Source: Candidatus Sulfotelmatobacter sp.
GTDB taxonomy: Bacteria > Acidobacteriota > Terriglobia > Terriglobales > Acidobacteriaceae
NCBI GenBank assembly: GCA_030040725.1
Contig: JASHTD010000467.1
Coordinates: 1-47,129 of the forward strand
Direction of reading: 5' to 3'
DNA length: 47,129 nt
Shown here: positions 35,601-43,252 of the stretch, one piece after another
Layout of the letters: every line of letters starts with the position of its first letter
Position numbering within the stretch: the stretch's first letter is position 1
Made by a program: the position numbers and the translations under genes
Notes under the pieces: model-generated
What the model was told of the DNA's origin: nothing
Databases searched by the model: none
What the model saw: the letters and a program-made list of their open reading frames with translations, nothing else

Positions 35601-36365
35601 GTCCAGATTGGGAATAATTGCTGTTCCCATGTTGACGTCTTCTTCGGAATCGCTTCCATTCACGGTAAAAGCATTGGCAAATTCTCGTTGGCCGTTAATT
35701 GAAATCGTGCCTGGATTCAGTTCGCCGGAGGGTGAGAGCGCGCTCGCGCCCACATCCTGCACAGTTTGTGACCTAATCGAAGTGGCCGGGGCAACTCCGG
35801 GCTGAAGCGAGAGAAGATCGGTATAACTGCGTCCATTCAAGGGCACGGACGTGATCTGCTGGCTATCGATGAACTCACCTAGCTGGCTGGTGCCCGTCTC
35901 CAAACGCGCGGCTGTCTGACTCACTGTGACCTGATCCGACCGTTGACCAACCTGCAGAGTGACATCCAGGACGAGGGCACTGTCGAGATCGAGAGCAATT
36001 GCGGTGCTTCGGTAAGGTTTGAAGCCGGCGTGATCGACTTCGAGAACGTAGTTGCCGACGGGGAGAACGGGGAAGCTGTAGCGGCCTCGGCCGTCGGTTC
36101 GATTTGATTGCCGCAACCCATTGCCCAGATTCAGCAGGGCGACCGAGGCATCCGTGACGGAGGCGCCTGAGGCATCTTTAACCGTCCCGGAAACGCTGCC
36201 GCCTACACCAGCCCAGGCCATAGCCACTGAACAGAGCAGAAATAAGAAAAGGCTCCGGACACATCGCAGGCTGAATTTTCGCGTACAAGCGGTTCCATAG
36301 GAACCTAGTTGCAAATCAGTCGCATCTGGATCGACTATCAGAGCCGCGATTGTGTACAGGGCCAT
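32688..36365 (-). CDS. TonB-dependent outer-membrane receptor with N-terminal carboxypeptidase-regulatory-like domain (paralogue of 5423..8962)
   Basis: GSVSGTVKDASGASVTDASVALLNLGNGLRQSNRTDGRGRYSFPVLPVGNYVLEVDHAGFK, plug-like VPLNGRSYTDLLSLQPGV, and a C-terminal ...AALKFVF. The start is uncertain: TTG 36401 (ORF track), ATG 36365 or TTG 36314. The signal peptide (RSLFLFLLCSVAMAWA) lies just after 36314, and both TTGs fall inside a 25-bp direct repeat. Confidence 0.87.
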   Translation of the reverse strand: MALYTIAALIVDPDATDLQLGSYGTACTRKFSLRCVRSLFLFLLCSVAMAWAGVGGSVSGTVKDASGASVTDASVALLNLGNGLRQSNRTDGRGRYSFPVLPVGNYVLEVDHAGFKPYRSTAIALDLDSALVLDVTLQVGQRSDQVTVSQTAARLETGTSQLGEFIDSQQITSVPLNGRSYTDLLSLQPGVAPATSIRSQTVQDVGASALSPSGELNPGTISINGQREFANAFTVNGSDSEEDVNMGTAIIPNLDSIAEFRILTSNFDAEYGEFSGGQINVVTKSGTNSFHGDLFEFLRNTDLDARSYFSPDRGTFIQNQFGGTFGGPIRRNQIFFFSDYQGTRQRQGVDTGLIPVPSIDERNGNFSDLASSFYTSQTINGESAVTPTLVNGPGWAGTLTQSFGHPIFAGEPYYFPGCSSPNYTSRTSTPHACVLPTLQIPGSAWSTPARHLLQYIPIPNQQGNFFSTSANNQALRDDKGALRLDANTRWGLVSAYYFLDDYSLNNPYPVAQGGASVPGFNALYLGRAQLFSLGEIKTLNTTAVNEAHFSYMRSFNDLGKPLGGLGVSLASQGFTTSSGSPSIIALAPQSAGVENLVFNNFSTGTNTNELKQANNTYQWLDSLSKVIGRHTLRVGGEFHFDQVNVNPIAQFNGSFLFTGSETGSDFADFLLGIPSQYNQSQLDPFYGRNKYAGLFGQDSWRVNSSLTLNYGLRWDRIEPWYEKYNQISTTEPGKQSVVFPGAPAGILYPTDPGVRRTLAPPGDEFAPRLGLAYSPRLGDGFLGKLLGGPGQTSIRAGFGMYYTSIEALTIGVLAANAPYGTTYSSPAPPLFSDPFVTASNGNNLGQYFPVDLAPLNASSSHPDTSIDWSQYEPISGIPGYSIHNRIPYTEQYMFSIERQLGDKTLLTASYVGNQAHRLLVLVESNPGDPALCLSLSQTSEVAPGSATCGPFGENNVYTTASGRIVNGTRGPLGPSFGSNTNQSTIGNSTYNALELNLRHTNGALQLFAGYTFSKSLDESSNLGEEVNPINASLSRALSAFDVQQNFVASYAYELPLPRFFRVANGWTNGWTISGITRFSSGFPVTLLNYGDNSLLGAEPNGVNNYGVDEPQYTPGPLQLNSNPRNGQPYFNTSLFSLQPLGTPGNAKRRFFFGPGLDNYDLALQKTLLLGESKSLQFRFEGFNVFNHAQFYGPASVNGNINSSSFGDVVSTAPPRLMQAALKFVF
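36305..36329. repeat. Copy 1 of a 25-bp direct repeat in the receptor/fur divergent region
   Basis: CTAGTTGCAAATCAGTCGCATCTGG matches copy 2 at 24 of 25 positions. Confidence 0.75.
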
Positions 36366-36391
36366 GGATTGAAGGGGTGGTTCGAGGCGAT

Positions 36392-36416
36392 CTAGTTGCA
36401 AATCGGTCGCATCTGG
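36392..36416. repeat. Copy 2 of the 25-bp direct repeat (87 bp from copy 1)
   Basis: CTAGTTGCAAATCGGTCGCATCTGG. Confidence 0.75.
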
Positions 36417-36474
36417 TACATGCTTTAGTATCGATTCGACAATCGCCAGGGGTCAAGCGTTGGCGCAAGTTTTC

Positions 36475-36503
36475 GTCGCATCTCAGCTGCAACCAGTTGC
36501 GAC
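36475..36503 (+). promoter_or_regulatory. Nested inverted repeat built from the same hexamers, just upstream of the fur RBS
   Basis: In GTCGCATCTCAGCTGCAACCAGTTGCGAC the outer arms are GTCGCA/TGCGAC and the inner palindrome is GCAAC-CA-GTTGC. It shares GTCGCATCT with both 25-bp repeats and ends 3 nt before GGGAGG. Confidence 0.45.
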
Positions 36504-36517
36504 ACGGGAGGTCTCCG

Positions 36518-36964
36518 ATGCCACTACCACAAACCGAAATGCCGGGGCGCCTGCAGGCCTATTGCGCGGAGCGCGGTATCCGCATGACCCAGCAAAGGCG
36601 CGCCATCCTGCGCGTGATGGAAACCGCCAGCAAACACCTCGACGCGGCACAGCTGTTGCGCAAGGCGCAGAAGCTCGATGCCAGCGTGGACCGCAGCACC
36701 GTGTATCGCACGCTACGGCTGCTCAAGCGGCAAGGGCTGATCGACGAACTCGATCTAATGCATATTCACGGTGAGGGTCATTATTACGAGCGCAAGCTGA
36801 ACCGCGACCACATTCACATGGCCTGCCTGCGCTGCGGAAAGATTATGGAGTTCGTCAGCGACATATTTGAGAAGCTGAAGGGCCAGGTGGAAAAGGACTG
36901 CCGTTTCCGGATTGTAGTTTCGCGGCTGGAGATCGGCGGTTACTGTGCAAATTGCTCAAAATAA
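36518..36964 (+). CDS. Fur-family metalloregulator (subtype not assignable by eye)
   Basis: MPLPQTEMPGRLQAYCAERGIRMTQQRRAILRVM... winged helix, then NRDHIHMACLRCGK and GGYCANC (two CxxC pairs). GGGAGG RBS lies 6 nt before ATG 36518. The ORF-track start 36350 is an upstream extension. Confidence 0.88.
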   Translation: MPLPQTEMPGRLQAYCAERGIRMTQQRRAILRVMETASKHLDAAQLLRKAQKLDASVDRSTVYRTLRLLKRQGLIDELDLMHIHGEGHYYERKLNRDHIHMACLRCGKIMEFVSDIFEKLKGQVEKDCRFRIVVSRLEIGGYCANCSK

Positions 36965-37185
36965 ATCTCTTCCGAACGGGAAGTCAGAGCTCTTTTGCAC
37001 CTGCTGGCACCAAATAAAAAAGCGCCCTAGACTTTGCAGTCCAAGACGCCTCGGCAGCCCTCCCCCAGAACTGCCAAACCACGAAAGCGATGTTAAAGAA
37101 CCGCTAATTCTCTGTAAACGTCACTTTGGTAATGGAATTAACGGTTTAGAAGGCATTCGAGCGAAGCAACGTTTTCAAAGGGAAA

Positions 37186-38277
37186 CTACTGTTGCTTGCG
37201 CCAGGTCTGGCCATTGTCGGAGGTGGTCCAAATCTCGCCCGCGGAAGTGGTGATTTTCCCCTGTTGCGGGCTGGAAAATTCAATTGCGGTGATATCGCCG
37301 GCCGGCTGGGCGCCGGAGGCCGACGGAAGAACCTGCTGCCAGCTGGTTCCCGAATCGCTCGAATGATAGAGGATCGTGCCTGAGCCGCCAGCCCAAACTT
37401 CGGGCCCTATCGCGGCCACAGCGCGGAAGGCGATTCCGTTCTGTGCCTGCCCGACTGCGGCGTTTACGCTCACGTCTTGCCAGGTTTTTCCTGCGTCAAA
37501 AGAACGCTGCAGCCCGCCGTTCGCCGTGACGGCCCAGCGCGGTGATGCACGCTGCATGAGGGAGGGCGCCGTCTGCAATGTAAGGTTAGGAGGCGCAAAT
37601 GCCGGTGCGGTAGCTCCGGAAGCTTGCGTGGGAACCGCGGCCTTTGCTTTGACTACATCGGAGTTTGCGTAGGACTGATATGGCGATGTGGCCTGAGCCT
37701 GCTTCTGGATGAGTTGGTCGGTCGGGCGATTACGAGCCATCGTGGTGGTTTCTGCGTTGAGTTTCTTTGCGCGGTCGCCTGAAATGCCGGTGTAAGCAGC
37801 CGGCTGACGATCGCGGCTTGCGAACGTCGAGCTTGGTGCTTGCGACCTCTCTTGCGAGAATGGTGCAGACTGCGCCGGCGAAACGTTAGTTTGCCCAGCA
37901 ATCATCTGGGTAGGCTGCAAGGAACTCGAAGCCAACTCGGCCCGTTGGGCCTGCCGGTGCTCGTATCGGAAGGCGCCCGCGGAAATCAGCGCAAGAATCG
38001 CTGCGCTTGCGAATCCCCAGCGAATGGCAGGCAGGCTTAACCAGCCGGGCCGCATGAAGCCTCGGCCGGGGACTGTTTCGGGCTCGGCCTCCGGCGTAGC
38101 CAACGCGATAATCTGGCGGCATTCGGCACAGCGGGCCAGGTGGTCGAGTAAAAGAGCCCGTTCCGATTGAGCCAGTGATTGCTCGGCGAACGCAGCAAGC
38201 AGATCGGGTTCAGGATGCGGATCAGTGATGGCCATCCCTTGCAACCGCTGCACCACGATTTTAGGAATGTCCTGCAT
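37186..38277 (-). CDS. Transmembrane anti-sigma factor (zf-HC2) with C-terminal Asp-box (BNR) repeat domain
   Basis: LDHLARCAECRQ (H-x3-C-x2-C) and a TM segment (WGFASAAILALISAGAF). Three Asp-boxes: SFDAGKTW, SSDSGTSW, TSDNGQTW. Confidence 0.7.
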   Translation of the reverse strand: MQDIPKIVVQRLQGMAITDPHPEPDLLAAFAEQSLAQSERALLLDHLARCAECRQIIALATPEAEPETVPGRGFMRPGWLSLPAIRWGFASAAILALISAGAFRYEHRQAQRAELASSSLQPTQMIAGQTNVSPAQSAPFSQERSQAPSSTFASRDRQPAAYTGISGDRAKKLNAETTTMARNRPTDQLIQKQAQATSPYQSYANSDVVKAKAAVPTQASGATAPAFAPPNLTLQTAPSLMQRASPRWAVTANGGLQRSFDAGKTWQDVSVNAAVGQAQNGIAFRAVAAIGPEVWAGGSGTILYHSSDSGTSWQQVLPSASGAQPAGDITAIEFSSPQQGKITTSAGEIWTTSDNGQTWRKQQ

Positions 38278-38381
38278 TAGCGCGTCTCTGTGTTTTCGTT
38301 TCCGAACTTCTTTGTTTCCAAACTGTAGTGCTCTCCGAACTCCTGTTTCAAGATTGAGCTTTTCAAAATTCGGTCCGGAAT

Positions 38382-39323
38382 TCAGCTTTTGGCTCTTCGT
38401 GCTGCCTTCTGCTCGAACTGCAAGCTGTCCTTCTTTTCGGAGAACGCCGGAACTGTCGATTCTTGCGCCAAACTACGCCGAATATTTATTTGTAAGTCGC
38501 GTACATCCACGTCGAGGGCCTCTTCGGCCTGGCGCCGGCCCATGCCTTGCTGCACAAGCCCGCTTAGAATTTTCTTACGCAGCAGCTTGGCGAGCTTATC
38601 TACTTTGCGGCTGATGGTGGATTCATGCACCCGCAACATGCGCGCCACTTCCGCCAGTGTGCGGCCGTCGAGATAGTAAGTGGCAAGCACGAATCGGTCC
38701 TCACCGGGTAGCTCGCCAAGAGCTGCGTCGGTCGCGAACGCAAGCCGTGAATCCGCCGCCGGAACTGGCTCCGGCTCAGGCGCGGCGAACTGCACGCCCT
38801 CCTGGTTTTCTTCCTCGAGGCTAACCAGCCGCTTGGTCCGGCGATAACGGTTCACGAACTCCTGCGCCAGCACCGTGCGCAACCAGCCTTCGAGCGATCC
38901 CCGGCCGGTAAACGATGCCAGCTTCGAAACACGTTGGCCGTCGCGCAGAGTTGTGCCGTAAAGCTCGGCATAGAGGCTGTCGGCCAAGTCGCGGGCCGCC
39001 GAATCCTCACGCGCGATCCGCAACGCGGATTGATAGAGTTTTTCGCGATAGCGAGTGAGAAAAACTTCCCAAGCGGCGTTATTGCCGGCGGCGCAGGCAC
39101 GAGCCAGTGCGAGCTCCTCGACTCTTACCGTCAGAAGAAAGGTGCGGCATTCGTTGTGGTTGGCGCTATGAGGAAGGTATTTTGCGGTAACTTCGCACAA
39201 AATTTCGGTAAATTGTTCGCCGGTCACGCCAAACGTTTCGCAGCCGCTCTTGGCGTGCAGCTCCGCCAGTAGTTCTGCGACTGCCGACCGAACTGGCGCT
39301 GGAATGGTTTTCGTAAGGCTCAT
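38382..39323 (-). CDS. Sigma-70 family (ECF-like) RNA polymerase sigma factor with N- and C-terminal extensions
   Basis: Region 2-like AWEVFLTRYREKLYQSALRIA...DLADSLYAELY...GRGSLEGWLRTVLAQEFVNRYRR. Region 4.2 HTH RTLAEVARMLRVHESTISRKVDK. At 313 aa it is long for an ECF sigma factor. Confidence 0.8.
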   Translation of the reverse strand: MSLTKTIPAPVRSAVAELLAELHAKSGCETFGVTGEQFTEILCEVTAKYLPHSANHNECRTFLLTVRVEELALARACAAGNNAAWEVFLTRYREKLYQSALRIAREDSAARDLADSLYAELYGTTLRDGQRVSKLASFTGRGSLEGWLRTVLAQEFVNRYRRTKRLVSLEEENQEGVQFAAPEPEPVPAADSRLAFATDAALGELPGEDRFVLATYYLDGRTLAEVARMLRVHESTISRKVDKLAKLLRKKILSGLVQQGMGRRQAEEALDVDVRDLQINIRRSLAQESTVPAFSEKKDSLQFEQKAARRAKS

Positions 39324-39604
39324 TCGATAAGAGATACGGCGAAAAGCTGTCTTCTGATGCTACCAATTCATTAGACGCTCGTAATATTAATTTTCGTGGC
39401 AAGAGCGGAGTCTTTTTGCGTGTTGCGCGGCTGAGACCGGTTTCTTAGGTCCAAGGGACTGAGGTTTTCCTATGCCGAAATAGAGTAAAGTTATTTCCGG
39501 ACCCACTCGTCGGAAATTGTGTAAAAGCGAGACAGCCATGTCGGGGATTCCGTATTGACGCTTTGCTTGTGCGGACCGAGGAAACTCAGAGGAGAGTGAA
39601 ATCT

Positions 39605-40666
39605 ATGCAAGCCAGTTTGCTAAAGCGCATCTTGACCAGGAAAAACTTCGTCTCCCGCTTGCTGCCACTGCTTACACTGTTTACCGCCGTCGCCGCGCTG
39701 GCTGCGTCAGGGCCGGGATACAAAGTTGTCAAGACTTACAAAATTGGCGGAGAAGGTGGTTGGGACTACATGACCACCGATGCTTCGGCACGCCGGCTTT
39801 ATATTTCGCGATCCAGCCATGTGATGGTACTCGATCTTGATTCCGGCAAGCAGATTGGCGACATTGCCGATACGCCAGGAGTTCACGGCATTGCGCTCGC
39901 TCCGGAACTGGGCCGCGGATTTACCAGCAACGGACGCGAAGGCACGGTCAGTATCTTCGATATGAAAACGCTGGCGACTAGCGGCAAGGTGAAGGCGGGA
40001 GAAAATCCCGACGCGATTCTCTACGATCCGGCGACGAAACGAGTATTCACCTTTAACGGCCGAAGTCACGACTCGACGGCAATCGACGCTGAAAAAGGGA
40101 CGGTGGTGGGCACGATCAAGCTGGATGGCAAGCCGGAATTTGCAGCCAGCGACGGCAGAGGCGAGATTTTTGTCAACATCGAAGACAAGAGCGAACTCAC
40201 CGCGATTGACGCCAACAAGCTCGAGGTCAAGACTACCTGGCCGCTCGCGCCCTGCGAAGAACCAAGCGGGCTCTCGATGGATACGAAGCATCGCCGACTG
40301 TTTGTCGGCTGCGATAACAAAATGATGGCCGTGGTGGACGCCGACAGCGGCAAGGTGTTGGCTACACCGGCGATCGGCGACGGTGTGGACGCAACCAGAT
40401 TTGACGAAGGAACTGGCCTTGCCTTCGCCTCGTGCGGCGAAGGGGTGCTGACCATCATAAAAGAAGAGTCGCCGGATAAATTCGCGGTGGCGGAGACCGT
40501 TCCCACGCAAAAGGGCGCGCGCACCATGGCGCTCGATCGAAAAACGCACACCGTTTACACCGTGACGGCAGACTTCGGCCCACCGCCGGCTCCAACGGCC
40601 GACAATCCGCATCCGCGCAGATCGATTGTGCCGGACACCTTCGTGGTCCTTGTCGTTGCCAAATGA
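39605..40666 (+). CDS. Secreted YncE/YVTN-type beta-propeller repeat protein
   Basis: Signal peptide (LLPLLTLFTAVAALAASG). Repeated ~40-aa blades follow (GVHGIALAPELGRGFTSNGREGTVSIFD, NPDAILYDPATKRVFTFNGRSHDSTAID, and so on). ATG 39605 has GAGGAG upstream; the ORF-track start 39563 is an extension. Confidence 0.62.
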   Translation: MQASLLKRILTRKNFVSRLLPLLTLFTAVAALAASGPGYKVVKTYKIGGEGGWDYMTTDASARRLYISRSSHVMVLDLDSGKQIGDIADTPGVHGIALAPELGRGFTSNGREGTVSIFDMKTLATSGKVKAGENPDAILYDPATKRVFTFNGRSHDSTAIDAEKGTVVGTIKLDGKPEFAASDGRGEIFVNIEDKSELTAIDANKLEVKTTWPLAPCEEPSGLSMDTKHRRLFVGCDNKMMAVVDADSGKVLATPAIGDGVDATRFDEGTGLAFASCGEGVLTIIKEESPDKFAVAETVPTQKGARTMALDRKTHTVYTVTADFGPPPAPTADNPHPRRSIVPDTFVVLVVAK

Positions 40667-40854
40667 GCGGGCAATTCCGATCCGCACGAGCTCGATTGCG
40701 GCTGCAATAAGACGTACGACTTTCTTGCTCGGCGCCACGTGTTCAAGCGTCGGTTCGGCTAAATCCTTCGACGAAGAATGCCATCTAATGTCTTAGAGCC
40801 ATTTGCCGCGGCTCAATGCATCTCCATGGCTGCGAAGCCTGCTGGACCTGATGA

Positions 40855-41643
40855 ATGACCACTGCAGATGAAAGGTTCTATCGTGCCCGTGTCGTTCAAC
40901 GAGTCGACGTCGCGCCGGATCTGTGGACGTTTCGCATCCAACCGGGGGGACATTTCGATTTCACTCCCGGCCAATTTGCCACGCTCGGACTGGAAATCAA
41001 CGGCAAGCGTATCGAGCGCCCGTATTCTATGGTTTCGGCACCCTCAGAGGATGGGGTGGAGTTCTTCCTCGAACTGGTTCCCCAAGGAATGCTCACTCCC
41101 CGGCTTTACAAGTTGCAACCGGGTGATGAACTGCTCATGCGGAAAATTGCCAAGGGAAAATTCACCTTGCAAACGGGCGACAGCCGCATGAATCATCTGC
41201 TGGTTTCGACGGTTACGGGTGTCGCGCCGTTCGTCAGTATGATTCGAACTCTCGCCAAAGAGTGGCGCGAGGGCCGCTTCGACGGTGCTCACCGGATTTT
41301 TCTGCTCAATGGGGCGAGCCGTCCCTGGGAGTTCGGCTACAAGGATGAGTTAACACGTCTATCGGAAGAGATGCCGTGGCTGCAATATGTTCCCACGATC
41401 AGCCGTCCATGGGATCACGCTGAGTGGCAGGGCGAAATCGGCCGGGCCGACGACATCCTCCGCAAATATGCCGATCAATGGGGGCTCAATCCCGAGAACA
41501 CTCACGCTTATCTCTGCGGGCATCCCGAGATGATTGAAAACAGCAAAGCCATCCTGAAACGGCGGGGCTTCGTCGAGAAAGGAGCGATCAAGGAAGAAAC
41601 ATATTGGCTTCTGCCGAGGCACGAGCGGTCGGCTGCCGCCTGA
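40855..41643 (+). CDS. fpr: Ferredoxin--NADP(+) reductase (Fpr-type)
   Basis: RPYSMVSAP (RxYS FAD motif), STVTGVAPFVSM (GTGxAP-like NADP motif) and YLCGHPEMI. Confidence 0.86.
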   Translation: MTTADERFYRARVVQRVDVAPDLWTFRIQPGGHFDFTPGQFATLGLEINGKRIERPYSMVSAPSEDGVEFFLELVPQGMLTPRLYKLQPGDELLMRKIAKGKFTLQTGDSRMNHLLVSTVTGVAPFVSMIRTLAKEWREGRFDGAHRIFLLNGASRPWEFGYKDELTRLSEEMPWLQYVPTISRPWDHAEWQGEIGRADDILRKYADQWGLNPENTHAYLCGHPEMIENSKAILKRRGFVEKGAIKEETYWLLPRHERSAAA

Positions 41644-41655
41644 AACGGCAAGTGT

Positions 41656-42150
41656 TCAACTGCCGATTTTTGAACTGCGGCGTTCGAGCAAAAGCACATC
41701 TCTCCATTCGTTCTTCAGTTTTCCAAGCCGGTTCCTCACTCCAACCCTCCTGAAGCCGCACGATTCGTGCAAGGCAACGCTGGCAGTATTTTCAGGGAAA
41801 ATTCCTGCCTGCAGCGTCCAGACTCCATTTGCTTCTGATTCCTTAATCAATGTCTGTAAAAGCGCTTTGCCGACGCCGTGTCCGCGGGTCGTAGCGGCTA
41901 CGTAAACGGAAACTTCTGCAACACCGGAATAGGCTTGGCGAGTGGAAACAGAACTGAGTGCGGCCCAGCCCAGAATCTCATTTGCGTTAGTTGCGACAAG
42001 GCGGCAGTTCAACCGGTGGCTGCCATCCCATTTCTGCCAGTCCGGAAGTTCAGTCTCGAACGTGGCGTAGCCGGTGGCGATACCTTCGCCATAAATCCTT
42101 CTAACTGCAGGCCAGTCCTCCGCAATCATCGTTCTGATTTCGAATCGCAT
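41656..42150 (-). CDS. GNAT-family N-acetyltransferase, phosphinothricin/methionine-sulfoximine acetyltransferase-like
   Basis: 164 aa. IRTMIAEDWPAVRRIYGEGIATGYATFETELPDWQKW and RGHGVGKALL (acetyl-CoA loop) are typical of the PAT/Bar subfamily. Confidence 0.78.
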   Translation of the reverse strand: MRFEIRTMIAEDWPAVRRIYGEGIATGYATFETELPDWQKWDGSHRLNCRLVATNANEILGWAALSSVSTRQAYSGVAEVSVYVAATTRGHGVGKALLQTLIKESEANGVWTLQAGIFPENTASVALHESCGFRRVGVRNRLGKLKNEWRDVLLLERRSSKIGS

Positions 42151-42158
42151 GAGCCGGA

Positions 42159-42482
42159 TCAGGTTTCAGCGGGTGCGAAGAAGACCAGCACGGCCAGTTC
42201 TTCCGTGATGTCGTAGAAACGGTGGCCGACATGCGCGGCCACAAAAATCACGCTGCCTGCTGAGACCTCCTTATCCTCCGTTCCGGCTTTGTGACGGGCG
42301 CGGCCGCGGATCACGTAATAGATTTCATCCTCCCGGTGCGGCTTCTGGTGATCGGTGGCGCCTGCCGGCAGAACATACAATCCCGCGCTCATTGCGGCCA
42401 CGCGAAAAAACTCGCGGTACGGCCTGCCGCTCTCGGAGCGCTGCGCTTCGATTTCTGCGAGATCGCTGAAGAACGTCTTCAC
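42159..42482 (-). CDS. Cupin-domain protein
   Basis: MSAGLYVLPAGATDHQKPHREDEIYYVIRGRA...GSVIFVAAHVGHRF. I prefer GTG 42482 as the start: it has GGAGG 9 nt upstream and a GTGA overlap with the tetR stop. The ORF-track start 42563 would overlap tetR by 85 nt. Confidence 0.7.
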   Translation of the reverse strand: MKTFFSDLAEIEAQRSESGRPYREFFRVAAMSAGLYVLPAGATDHQKPHREDEIYYVIRGRARHKAGTEDKEVSAGSVIFVAAHVGHRFYDITEELAVLVFFAPAET

Positions 42483-43102
42483 GCGAAGAAACCTCCGAAA
42501 ACCAACTCGGTGAACTGCGGGATCAGATTCTGCGCCTGCAAGTCGCCCTCCGGCTTGTACCACTGATAAATCCAGTTGATCATTCCGAGCAGCGCGAAGG
42601 CTGCGGCGCGCGGGCTCACTTTGGCTTTAGCAGCATCTGCGCTGCCATTTCCACGCGGTTTCTGAGTGCGGATTTTCTGTTGCACTTCCGCGATCAGCTT
42701 TTCGAGGAAATGCACATACTCCTTCTTGCGGGCGTTGATTCGCTTGCGCAACGACGGCGGCAGGGGATGATTCTCATGCAGCATCACCGTGATTTCGCGA
42801 TCGCGCGGGCTGAGCACAACTTCAATGTGCAGACGGATCAATGTGCGCAGTCGCTCTTCGGGATCCGCGATGCCCTGCAGCGGATTCAGCACGCGCTCCT
42901 GGGTGATTTCCATGGCATGATTCATGATCTCGAAGAGGATTTCATCCTTGCTCTGAAAGTGATGGTAGAGACCGCCCTTGCTCAACTTCAGCGCAGCCGC
43001 TACATCGTTCATGGAAGTTGCATCGTATCCGCGTTGCTGGAAAAGGCGGGCAGAGGTGCGCAGAATCTCCTGCTTGGGATCGGCTGCGGTATCGCGAGGC
43101 AT
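42479..43102 (-). CDS. TetR/AcrR-family transcriptional regulator
   Basis: HTH ARLFQQRGYDATSMNDVAAALKLSKGGLYHHFQSKDEIL. Confidence 0.9.
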   Translation of the reverse strand: MPRDTAADPKQEILRTSARLFQQRGYDATSMNDVAAALKLSKGGLYHHFQSKDEILFEIMNHAMEITQERVLNPLQGIADPEERLRTLIRLHIEVVLSPRDREITVMLHENHPLPPSLRKRINARKKEYVHFLEKLIAEVQQKIRTQKPRGNGSADAAKAKVSPRAAAFALLGMINWIYQWYKPEGDLQAQNLIPQFTELVFGGFFA

Positions 43103-43252
43103 CGGCTGACATGGTAAACAGTTGCGGCGGGAATGCCAATACGCAGCGTAGCCTGTATCGGCGGAGCCGGAGGGTAATATTTCGAAGTAACCACTTTAGG
43201 GCGAGTTGAATCTAACAAATAGGCGAAGATCGCCTTTACTGCACGGTACGTT

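Noticed and set aside
39707-40738. 343-aa minus-strand ORF
   Set aside because: It is antisense to the beta-propeller gene, which has a signal peptide, an RBS and repeat structure. The composition is Arg-rich with no motifs.
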